DNA of 64,000 nt from Aplysia californica (lineage: Eukaryota). The notes under the pieces are model-generated. The model saw only the letters and a list, made by a program, of their open reading frames with translations, ran no database searches and was not told the origin of the DNA. A program made the translations under genes and the position numbers. The first letter of the stretch is position 1, and each line of letters starts with the position of its first letter. Positions 25,801 to 38,600 of this stretch are shown here, piece after piece. The stretch is from contig NW_004797271.1 in the NCBI RefSeq assembly GCF_000002075.1, forward strand, positions 438,672-502,671. Direction: 5' to 3'.

Positions 25801-26208
25801 GGCACATTTCACCAAACAACAATACTCACGAGTGACACATGATACTATCATTAACACAAGACTCGACTGACACATTATGCTATCATGACACAGTGTACTA
25901 TCACAACAGAACACATACCACCAGACAACACCGACAAATACCACAGCCCACGTGGTCACAAAACGCTAAGCCCTTTGCTTTATTTATCTCTGCCCTAGGT
26001 CTGGACGCTCTGTCTAAGCAGTGGACACAACAGACTGAAGCTGAAAGTTGTTAAGAGTTCATTAAGTCCAGAACAGAATGTCTGTATGTGTGGGGTGGGT
26101 GGTGGTCAGGGGGGGAGAGAGGGAGGGGTGGGACAAAATCCCTGATTGCATCTAGCTGCAGGAAGTGAGTGAGTGAACTGGGTGAGAGAGATGGAGGGCG
26201 GCTGCGTC

Positions 26209-26331
26209 TTAGTGCTCCTCATTCTGTGGCGGGGAGCTGCGGCCATGGGGTGGGCTTGTAATGTCCTGGTTAGGAGTGACCGGCGTCTCATCTCCACGGA
26301 ATAGTGGGTTCTTCACTTCCATCTCTCCGGT
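26209..26331 (-). CDS. NPDC1: NPDC1-like last coding exon
   Basis: TGEMEVKNPLFRGDETP..EEH stop. Confidence 0.93.
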   Translation of the reverse strand, partial: TGEMEVKNPLFRGDETPVTPNQDITSPPHGRSSPPQNEEH

Positions 26332-26606
26332 CTGAACAAGAGGAAACAAAGAATGTTTGAGTCTCACAATATAACATGCATAACAACAGTCACATTTCTT
26401 TTTTTTGTGTTTTTGCATCGAGTTGTACAGCACAACACCAGTCACATTTCTCTTTTTCTCCGTTGAGTTGTACAACAACAGCAGACCAGCCACTCTATGA
26501 AATCTAAAAATCAGGATTTGGTGAAAAAAAAAAAAAAATTAAGGCGATTGCCAAGGTGATTAAAAAACTTTCCACGGGTGTCCAAAATATATCCATGTAT
26601 CTGTCC

Positions 26607-26639
<33 letters not shown>

Positions 26640-29600
26640 GTATGTGCATGCATTATTCTTCAAAATCCCGAAGTATCATGTCTAGGACTCCTAGCCCAAG
26701 AGCCCCCCCCCCCCTCCCAGCAAGTCTCGAAAGACGCGACAACTAGTGTGCATGAACTTAAGTTGACCCCGTCAACAGACAGTAGCACATTGAAACAGTT
26801 TTACAGACAAGTCTTGATGATGGGCCCGACTAACCAGAACTTGGATACTGCTTATTTTGACAGAACTATGGCTAATATTGATCATTTGTATGCCGCAACT
26901 GATACAGTTATCAGGCCATCATCGGAGAATTCTGAGTGGAAACAAAGCGAAAGTAGATCTTGAGAATGTCCCGAGCTGGAATGCAAAATCGATACTACTT
27001 TTATTATACTTGAAATAACACATGCAAGCAAAGATCCAACACAACTTGGGATGAATCAACTAATAAACCGGCATCAACGTTTCGGAAAATGGAGCTCCAA
27101 GTTCCTGCCGACAAAAAGTTTAACGGGGCCTCCCGCAACAGAGAAGAAGGAAGAATAAATTTTTAGAAAAATCCAGCTCAACAGACGGCACCCAAAAAAA
27201 TCGGGATATACGTGGTCGAAATCAGGAAAATCGGGAGGCTTGAGATTTCAGCCTTATCTGATTAAATCAGGATGAGTAGCAGGTCTGCAACAGTTATTTT
27301 TTTTTTGTTCTTCTCCATTAAGTCGTACAACAACAGTCATATTATTTCTTTTGTTCTACATTGGGCCATACATCACAGTAAAAAAAAAAAACCCAGAGTA
27401 GCATGTATCATAATGGTCCTAACCTTTTGATTTAGTCATTTTTTCTTCTTTTGAGACATTTCGGGGAAGAAGAAAATACTGTACGAAAAACCCCCCACCA
27501 AAAAACAATGTTTTCATTTGCTGCAAAATGCTTTTCCTGTAAGAGGCTCGTTTCCCTTTTAGACGAGGATTTTTTAAAGGTACAGATTAAGAGGAACAAA
27601 TAACACTGCATAAAAGTATATGGAAGACAACAGAGAAAAACAAAGAACAGAAGATTTTGTTTGACACATAATTCCCTGTACTATGAAAGGATTTCAAAGC
27701 CACATTTTAACCTTTTTCCCGTTTTTTTTTCTATGCATTGCAACCTTTCTTTCCATGAAATCTGCTCAAAATTAAGAAATACTCATACCCGTGAAGGTGC
27801 ATATTATCATGGTTTTACTGTGCGACATAGCAGAAAATATTAGAACCTGGATGGCAAATTTTAAAGCATGCCCTACTACAGTACTTATATGTCCTAGATT
27901 CATTTTATCGAACCAATAGCTCTACCACTCTTATCTTCCCTGAACCTTTGGTCAATCTTGTTCTCATGGTCACCTGTCCAAGCATCCACTACTTACTTTC
28001 CACCTTGCATTATAAAAAAAAATGACACTATCCACAACATACACCTGTCTAAGATAACCATTTTTTTTACATCCACAATGGGTGGTGTCTTAGATTACTA
28101 AAATGCAGTTATGTTAGCAAAGTCAAGACCATGCAATCGGAGACAGAGCAGTAGAAAACGCCAGGCCTAATGGCAATTTAACATAAAGAAGAAGATGAGG
28201 AGGAGGACGAGAAGGAAAAGCAGCAGCAGCAACTACAGCATTTTAAGAGAGAGAGAGAGGGGGAAGAGAGAGAGAAAGGAGAGAGAGAAAAGAAGACAGA
28301 GAGAGAGAAAGAGAGAGAAAGAGAGCAAGAGTTTGACTCACAGGAGCCAGGCCTGGACACTCATAGACAGTGTAGTCTCCCTCCACATTATCCTCTTCTG
28401 AATCGTCATCCGATGCGTCGTGCTTCATGTCCCCGTTCGCTCTGAGGACAAAGTGGTGAAATAATAATAATAAATAATATTTGTAGAGCGCATATCCCCA
28501 CTCAACAGCAAGCCCTGTGTGCTTTACACTATATTACATAATTAAATGGTATAGGTTGAGAAAGTAATTTCATTCAGTGTTTAAGGCCATTGGCCCACAT
28601 CACATCACATAAAATGGTATAAGTTTAAACTACCCTATCAACACTATTACGTTATTTAACCCTATCTGTACGTCGTGTTTTATTATTGTATCCATACAAA
28701 GTGGGGAAATCTGTGCCACCACTTTCCAAAGAGAAAATTTACTCGTTAATCTAATCCGTACACTTTGCATAGCAGTCTGTCAAAATGATTTTTTGAGAAA
28801 TACCGAAAGTTTCAAAGCGATCTTCGCACTACAAGTATTCTAAAATGTGAAGAATACAACCCCAGGGGTACAAAATGACCCCAGGGTGTACGGATAGGCC
28901 CCAGGGACACAAAATGACCCCAGGGCGTACGGACAGGGTTAAGAGGCGGGACCTCCAAGGTTTAACGTCCATCTACAAAAGGACCGAGCCAAATGGGAAA
29001 TTTGTGTAAAATGCCTTTCCCGCGGACACAACATTAGACTGAGCTGAGGCTCGAACCCCCAAACCCTCAATCTCACAGATACGGGTCTGGTAGACTATCC
29101 ACTAGGCCACAGATGCCTCTGAGGACAACGGTTGACGTTGTGTCACACCCAAACAGACATTACTGAGATCTCATGTCGGAGGCTGGCTGCTTCCCCCCTG
29201 CCCGTCATGTTTGTTTGAGTAATGAAAATACAAGTCATTTCGCATTTGAGGAAACTAAGAACATTTGAAAAAATATGAACCAGAGGCGCCATCCGACCCA
29301 TCTACACCCCCACCCCCAAATCCCTAATTTATTTATCCATGGTTCATCTGTAGTTTCTGATGCCCGTAGTGGCACTCAATCCAACCACCTACTTACTCCT
29401 TCATCACAATCAACTGTGGTTTCTTATGCATTGGTACACCCTCCAACCACCCATCCACTTCTCTATAGAGGATTCTTCTGTTATTTCCGATGCTGGTAAT
29501 GGTGCACCTGTACACCCTCCAGCCACGCATCTACCTCTCTCTAGAGAAATCCTCTGCTGTTTCTTATGGTGGTACACTCGATACACCCTCCAGCCACCCA

Positions 29601-32600
29601 CTTACTTTTCCATGGCAATCATCTGCTGTTTCTGGTGCTGGTAGTGGTACATCTGAGCGCTCTGTGCCAGCTTCCTGTCGCCCGGTGAGGGGATTCGCTC
29701 CTTCATGGGACCTGTCACGCCATAGGCCGGGTACTCTACATCCGTGGCAGCTTTGCTGCTCTTACGAAATCTGGAGGAGGGAAAAAGAGAATAATTGTTG
29801 GGGAATTGTTAGTTTTAGCATTGTAAGTTTTAGTTTTAGTAGAGGTATTACGGCGCTCGCAACTGCATTAGGTCATATGAGCGTCTGAAGATTAGAGGTG
29901 TTACAAGAGAGTAACAAACATAAAAAAGAAGAAGGGGAGATAAGGACAATAGATGTTTGATAGGAAAGAAGAAGCAAACCACGCCAGAGCACCCGCCAAC
30001 CACCCACTAGCATTGTAAGAGTTTTACAGCACTTGCGACACAATAAAGTCATGTGTTACAAAAGAGTAATAATAAACTCATAATCAATATTTGGAGAAAA
30101 AAAAACACAAAAAAACAAACACAAACAACCCAACCACACAACAGGCCACAGCAGAGCATCCACCAACCATCCGCAAGTTTGTTTTTTTTTACTTCATAGC
30201 ACACGGACCTCGGTTTGAGCGTAAAGAGAAGCACATCCACTCAATAACAATTTAGTGTTACAAAAAAAAAAGAAAAAAAAGTGATACAGACAGAAACAGA
30301 GGGAGAGAAAGGAAAAAGGACCCACCAGTGACACTTTCCTACTAACCATCACAGACAAAAACAACAGAAGGAAAGAAAAGAAGTAGGGTCTCTCATTGAC
30401 ACTCTCCAACCAACCAACCACTACACTCAGAAACAGCAGAGGGTAACTACAAAATCTGGACATAACAGTTGCACCCTCCAATAACCCTCTGTAACAATCT
30501 ACATATTCATAATCAGATGACAATTACTCAACAAAATAATATGTTCAATGCTTATAAGAAAAATGAAGGGAAGACCACACAATGAGCACTCATCAATCAC
30601 ACGCAAGACTTAAATTCCAAAGTGTAATAATCACAGACAATCTATTGGAGAAATTTACACCTGTATTGGATACAGATATTTACATCTATATTCGCAAGCA
30701 ACAAAAAACCCAAACAATCCATTCTCGAGTAAATCCCACCCGAGATTCAAACCACCCTCTCTGGTGTTCGCTCACCTTGATATATCTCTGGACCGATGAT
30801 GCATGGCTGAAATATCACTACTACTATTATCATCGATGTTATTATTATCATCATTATTATTGTTAATATGATTATTATTGTAACTAAAATGACTGTAGCT
30901 ATAATACATGGGCCTCCTTTCATCCGAAGCATACATTCCCCGTAGGCTGCGATTGGCCGGATGTGACGCAGAGGACGTGGAACTGCGCAGCAACGAGTCC
31001 GACTCTAGCCCATCTGCTTTCTTCTGCTTGTTTACACAATCTGATGTATGGGAAGGTGAAGGGGGCTTCCCTTTGCCTCGCAGAATTCTGCATAGCTCAC
31101 TAAAACACATGATGTCTATTTATCCATCAATCTACCACCAGTCTGTTGCACAGTTCACTTAAGCACACAATGTCTGTCTATCTAACTATTCACCTATCAG
31201 CACAGCTCAATAAGATGCATATCTGTCTTATCTTATCATTTATTGATCCACCTATTCGTTGCACTTAAGCTATCTTTCTGTCTATCCATGTCTTTATTTA
31301 CACAGCTCCCTAAAGTTCAGCCAATCGGTCTACAAGTAGCACATATGTACAAGATTTTCAAACACAATACTGCAATAACAAAAAATCATGTACATCTATG
31401 AACTGTATAAATATCATAAGCGCCGAGAATTTCCAAGTTCAGTGGTCGAGATATTTACAAAGTAACAAAACAAAATGTTTGCATTCCACACAAATGCACA
31501 CAGGAACGAAATCATGAAAGCTACATCACATGTCCCAATATAAAAGTCCAACCAAACAGTTCTGGTACTGAGATATCTTCCTCCAATACGTTCCGACTAC
31601 CCCCAAAGCTGGAGGATCACACTCCAACACCAACAATCAAGCCCTGCCACATTTGCAGCACTTCATGAAACATTCATGCGCCTCATCTCTCACGAGCATA
31701 AATGTCTGCCCAATCTGTGCACACCCGCCTGTATTCCAGCCTGCACACCAGAACTCACTCATGAACAGTGGACAAACACGAGCTTGCAGAACTCAACTTG
31801 TGACACCGGCTTACATAAACCAAAGCCCAAGTGGTAGCTCATCACATGTTCCGCACAATGTCACATGCTCCATAAACAAAAAGCCATGAAAATCTCCTGA
31901 GGAAGGACACGCCACGTGACAGATGTACCATCTAAAGGAGAGCCCATCAACAGACCCTTTCACAGAGCACAACTCCTTTCACTGAGAACACAACAACCCC
32001 TTTGATTAAATTCAAAAACCCCATTCACAAATCTGAAATTCATCCCTGCTCCATCTTTTCTGTGAACATGACATCTTTTTCACCCCCTCATTCTCTCCGC
32101 CTAGCTTTGCCTTTAATAAGCCAAGGTTCTGAATGTTCATATTCTCTCCCANNNNNNNNNNNNNNNNNNNNNNNNNNNNNNNNNNNNNNNNNNNNNNNNN
32201 NNNNNNNNNNNNNNNNNNNNNNNNNNNNNNNNNNNNNNNNNNNNNNNNNNNNNNNNNNNNNNNNNNNNNNNNNNNNNNNNNNNNNNNNNNNNNNNNNNNN
32301 NNNNNNNNNNNNNNNNNNNNNNNNNNNNNNNNNNNNNNNNNNNNNNNNNNNNNNNNNNNNNNNNNNNNNNNNNNNNNNNNNNNNNNNNNNNNNNNNNNNN
32401 NNNNNNNNNNNNNNNNNNNNNNNNNNNNNNNNNNNNNNNNNNNNNNNNNNNNNNNNNNNNNNNNNNNNNNNNNNNNNNNNNNNNNNCCCACCACCACCAC
32501 CCTGGTCACATGACCTCGGGAAGTCACATGAGAGGTCATTATGTGCCCTGTCTGTCACAACACTGAGCAATTGGAGCGCGACATTTGAGTGACAGCTAAA

Positions 32601-35600
32601 ATACACTTGGGGACAGTAACAAGCTAGCCACACAGATCAAAACAACTGATTCATGAGGGAGGAGGCAAGGAGGAGGGAGAAAAGCAGGAAGGGAGAGGAG
32701 GAGAGGAGGGGATAGAGGAGGGGGAAAGGAGGGGAGAGGAGGAAAGGAGGGGAGAGAAGGGGGAGGAGGGAGTAGGTGGGAGAAGGAGGGAGAAGGTGGG
32801 AGGAGGAGAGGAGGGAGAGAGCATGTGGGAGGGGGAGAGGAGGGTGGGAGTAGGGGGGAGAATGAAAGAGGTGGAAGGAGGCAGGGCAAAGAAAAGAGAG
32901 GGTGGGGGAAGGGGAGGGATTTGTTTTAGTAAAAGTTTTATGACACAACACAATAAGGTCATATAAGTGCCGAAGAATAAATGTGTTACAAGAGAGTAAT
33001 ATACCCAAAAAAGGAGGAGAGATAAGGACGATTGATTGGGGTCAAACAGTGTCTTTGTCTTTTATCATTTCAGTTACAATAAAACTAATAAATGGAAGAC
33101 ACACTGTTTTGACAGAGGTTTTTGTGATGTTTCATAGGAAAGAAAGAGCAAACCATACCAGAGCGCCCACCAACCACCCATGAAGGGGAGGGGAGAGACA
33201 GAGGAAAGGAAAGGGGAGTGTGAAGCAAGGGGGAAGGGGGGAAAGGGGAGCACATGCCATCTGTCTGACCTGTTGATTTGTTTGAGTAGCGAAACACACA
33301 TCCACACCATACTGGTCTCTAAGATGAAATGCCACAAAAAAGTAAGAACAGAAGACGGGGACGACAGAAAGTAAGAAAAGAGGTAGGGCCAACAGGTGGT
33401 GCATTCTGACCACCTAGTTTGGGACTCTCTGGGAGTAAATTCACCACAAGACAGAAAGGACAAAGGAGAAGAAAAAAGAAACACAACCTACAGATGGCAC
33501 CTTCCAACCACCAAAAAAGCAGACTAAACTTTGTTTGTTTGAGCAATTGTTTTAGTATGAGTCTTAAGGCACTTGCAACACAACTGGGTCATAATATAAG
33601 GGCCGAAGATTCCAGGTATTACAAGTGAGTTACAAACATTAATAAAGGAGGAGAGATGTTGACGATAGATATTTGACAGGAAAGAAGAAGCAAACCACAC
33701 CAGAGCACCTGTCAACCACCCGCTGTTTTGAGTCAAGAGAAACACACCAACATAATTATAATCATAAATTGCAAGGGAAAAAGCAAGACAGACATACAAG
33801 AACAAAATAGGGAAAGAAAACGAAGTATGAGCCATCAACAAAACCCTTCACCCACCACACAGACAGAGACTCTAGAGGGAAAAAAAAAAAGAAGTGCGAC
33901 ACACAAGCAACACCTTTCAGTCACACACACAGAGAAAAAACAATAGCAGGAAAGAAAAAAGTCCAACATACCAGTGACACCCTCCAACCACCCTTATACA
34001 CAGACAAAAACAATGGTAGCAAAGAAATAGAAAACCAGCTTCACCCTCCAACCACCCGCATTCACAACAAAACAAAAACAATTAAAGAGTAAAGAAAAAG
34101 AAGACCAGCGACACCCTCCTTTATTTGTTTTAGTAAAGGTTTTACGGTGCTCGCAACTGCATAAGGTCATATAATAATAATAATAATAATAGATAGCATT
34201 TGTATAGCGCATATCCCCGCGTGATATGAGCGCCAAAGGGTGGATGTCAGCAGAGAAGTCCTTACAAGGAATCACGCTTACTCTGCTCACCTCTCTAGCT
34301 TCAACAGCACAAAGTCTGCTTCGACTATCAAGGCATCCCGGAATTCGGAAATAGCTGGTCGCAAAAGAGTGGCGCACAAAAGTAATAGAAGAAAAATGAC
34401 GATAGTAAGGATAAGGAAAGAAAAAGCAGCAGTTCCCTGTTGCAGTTCAGGTACAGTTATGAGCATGACATAAATGAACCAGCCCATTTACAATTCAACT
34501 GTGCATAAGAACATGGTTAATGTCCCCCCTTTGGTAATGGCCTTAACTCTTCATGTCCTTAGAGGATTTTCGTTCTGACCGAAGCCTCCCAGGGACTGCT
34601 CCTATACAGCAGTAGGGTGGGTTATAAAAGTCTACATAACTTTCAATCTACTAGGCCCACATCAAAACTTTTGGTATGGTTGTGTTAAGAAATGAAAGTT
34701 GCATTTATTGGTGTTCATTTTAGATACCTTTACTGAAAAATAATATTAGACTATTCATTTTAGATACCTTTACTGAAAAATAATAATAGACTATTGAAGT
34801 AAATGGCCATTAGCAAAAAAAAATTTGAGTAATTATTTGAAGTTTCCAGGTGAAAGATGAGGTGTACAATAACCATTTATAAAAAAGTCACATTCACATA
34901 GAATAGGCCTACATATTACGATGAACTAACCTGAATAGAGCCTCAACAAGATCCAACATCTAGATATAGATTTATAATATCCAAATGGAATGAAAACTTT
35001 GTCACTGTATAATCCAAACAATAAAACTGTCACTATAATTATTTCAGGAGCAATCTCCAGCCATGATAATCTCCCTAACCAAAACACAAACAAATTATAC
35101 ACAAAAAAATCAGCTGTTTAGAAACAAGCCATCAAATCTAGCATACGCGCCCACACAAACGCTACAAAATGAAAGTACAAACAGAAAAAGACCTATTTTC
35201 GGCATTTGCTACCATAATTTCGGTTGATGTCGTGAAATATTAGTTTCGCGTGTATTTAATGAAGGCTAGTGTAGCCAGCCGGTGTCAACGGCTCGCCGGC
35301 CAAACCCACTTCGCGCCGAGCCGCTCCCACCGGCTCACCGGACATGAAGAGTTAAGACACTTCAGTCAGTAGCACCGCCCCGGTGGTGGTGGGGGGGGTG
35401 GGGGGCCTCCAGCTGCCCACATTCACAAACAAAAACAATTACGAAAAAGAAAAAGAAAACCAGTGACACCCTCCACCCACGGGTAAAAAGTCAAAGTTGT
35501 AAACACTTACTTGTAGTAGCAGACACCAGCCATCAATATTCCGATGAATCCTGTTACTGTGGCAACTGCACACACAACTGTGGACAAGAGAACATCTTTG

Positions 35601-38600
35601 TGGTTAACTCATCTTTCAAGACATAGCAGACACATATATGTGTGTGTGTGCCTGATGAAAGGTACCAAGTGATGCATTTTGAAGAATCCTGTTTTTTGGT
35701 GGGTTTTATGAGCATTGTCATGTACAGAGATCATTTTTGCACAATATGCTTTTTAAATTTGTAAGATACCTTCAGTCGTTTTTTTAGATATGGGTGATTT
35801 TGTAAGGCAGGGTGCAGAAACAAAATTTTGAGAAAAACGGCTCAGAAGATTCCCCTTTGCTCCTGCTTTGTGGATTGCTTGCGACGATATAATGATATTG
35901 ATGACAGATCAAGGCTTGGCACAGAAAATTTGGAATAGTCAGAGGAGACAGCACCATGCTGACGATAAACTGTGAGGAGTCTGGGGTAGATAATTGTGAC
36001 AATGACGATAGATCATGAAAACAGGGGAGATAATACCACAATGAATAACTGGTGATTGATCATGGCTAGGCATGAAAAAAGACTTAGTATCCAGAAAATT
36101 GTATTCATTACATTACATTTTAAGAATAAAATTATAGAGTACAGCCCCCACCCCATGTCTTTACTCGCACATTACGGCCATAATAACCCCCTGTTCCCTT
36201 TCCCCCTGAGACATTTTTGCAGCCCCATTGTAACCCCCTGCTGTTGTGCACTAGGTCAAGCAATTACAAGAGGGTGGGCTGTTCTTTACTTTCACTCATA
36301 TTTTTTTCAATTTAAAATGGATTAGCTGTTCTTTACTTTCACAGAGATATTTTTCCAGTTACAAATGGGTGAGCTGTTCTTTGCTTTCGCCCCACAATCT
36401 TCTTGGGGGAAAACAGAGCAAATCGGTTCCTTTTTAACTGTTTGATTTGTTCTCCCTATATCCACACGATCATCTTAGAGAATAAATTTTAAAAAAAAAA
36501 AAAAGAAAGCAAATTGGTTCAACTTATAGATTAACTGGGTGATTTGAACTACAAGAAAAAAAAAAAGTGATTTGTATTATCTGTACCCCTTACATCCAAA
36601 GGTGGTGGGGACAAACCCCAAAGGGTTCTACTCACATACAAAATTTTTGTCATCGGTTGCCATAAACTTGGATCCCTCTTCTTCCTGAGAAGGGCCCGGG
36701 TGATGAAAACGAGCTGTCTTGCCAGGCGGTGCATGCGTCTCAGGGGCAGCGTTCTCCGGCTTGTCAGTTTGAATGTCCCCCCCTGGTGCAGCAGGAACAT
36801 ACTGGGGTTCGACTTGTTCTAGATTGAGTCCCTGAGAGTTGCCCTGGGCCGAGACTTGCTGGTCAGCGTTCTCTCCCTTTTTGTCTGGACAAACCCAACA
36901 GAAAATTTTCAAAATAAACAAATTAAAAAATACAAATAAATAAACAAAATTCCACTTTAATTAATTGATTCCGTAAGGGAAATTTTAGTTAAATTTTAGT
37001 TTTGAATTTGAGCAAAAAGGAAAACATTGACAAAATAGTTGTAATTTAGATAGGAAAAAAATAAAATACGTAAGAGGCAACGGATAGAAGTAGAACCTAG
37101 CTAAAAAGTAACAACTGCAGCCTATTGTTTGTTAGCTTGCTGGAGTTGAGGGAAGCACATGTAACTACACAGTATCGGCTACTCAAAAAGCGGAGTAAGA
37201 CAGACACGTAGAAAGCAGGGGAAAGAAAAGAAGTAGGAACTGCAAAGTCCAATAGCGCCTTCCAACCACTCACACAAACAGAAACAACAGAGAAAGAAAA
37301 GATGCAGGACCTGCCAGTAACATCCCCAATCACCCACACAGATGGAAACAAGTCAGGGGAAAGAAAAGAAGTACGAACTACAAATGCTGCCCTCAAACCA
37401 CTCACAAATGCAGTTTATATTATGTTTAGTTTTAGTAAGAATTTTACAGCACTTGCTACACAATAAGGTCATATAAGTGCCGAAGATTAGAGGTGTTACA
37501 AGAGAGTAACAAACACATTTTTAGAAGGACGGGAGATAAGGGCGATAGATGTTTGATAGGAAAGGGGAAGCAAACCATACCAAAGCACCCATCAACCACC
37601 AATGCAGTTTATATTGGAAATTGCAGATTTAATTGTTTTAAAGACAAACAAAAAAGTACCACATAGCGACGGCAGCCAAAACATACGAGAAACCACAACG
37701 CATCACAGCAGTCACCCTGACTAAACTAATGTCACCTAAATACATACATAATGAGGTCCCACCAACCGAGTTGATTACCCGTAATGATTATGACCCAAGA
37801 GTCCCAGAAGTAATTATCACAGGTCACCAAAAAATGTCCACCATTGAGTAGAAATGGGTTGTGAGTGCCACCATTCATCATACTATCATGACAATAATTG
37901 CTTCCACAAAGCATGCTCCTATTATTGATACTTTTTTCTTAAATTGCTCGTTCCCACCACTATATCCGTTACTGTGTCAAGTGCATCTCTTAACTCAAAT
38001 AGAAACAAATAAAATGCAGTTATTGCATGTCACTCGATGTTGTATCCCTTTAGATAAAAGAGAGTAACAAACAAAAAAAAGGAGGAGAAATCAGGATGAC
38101 AGATGTTTAAGTCTTAGTAGATCTAAGTGTTTTACAGCACTTGCAACACGAAAAGGTCATATAAGTGCCGAAGATTAGAGGTGTTACAAGAGAGTAACAA
38201 ACACAACAGAGAAGGAGGGGAGATAAAGATGATAGAAGTTTGACAGGAAAGAAGATGCAAACCACGCGCACCCGCCAACCATCCATGAGTGGAAGAATAA
38301 GTGTTACGAGGAGGTAACACTCAAAAAGAAAAAGAAAGAGAGATCAGGACGATAGATGTTTGGTAGGAAAGAAAGAGCTTTTAGTTTTTGTAAGAATTTT
38401 ACAGCACTTACAACACAATAAGGTCATATAAGTGATGAAGATATAAGAGTTGTTACAAGAGAGTTACAAACACAGAAAAGAAGTAAGAGAGATCAGGAAA
38501 ATACATGTTTGATATGAAAGAAGGAGCAAACCACACCAGAGCACCCACCAACCACCAGCAAAGAAAGAGCACTGCCTGTATGAAAAATATAACAACAACA

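Noticed and set aside
29040-29117. tRNA gene
   Set aside because: A and B boxes are present but continue into a SINE body and tail with a TSD; no complete cloverleaf evident.
32002-32633. Long ORFs spanning N-runs (also 24518-24826, 42194-42638, 52897-54010, 63727-63994)
   Set aside because: Length is an artefact of assembly gaps; only 53146-53299 is a real exon.
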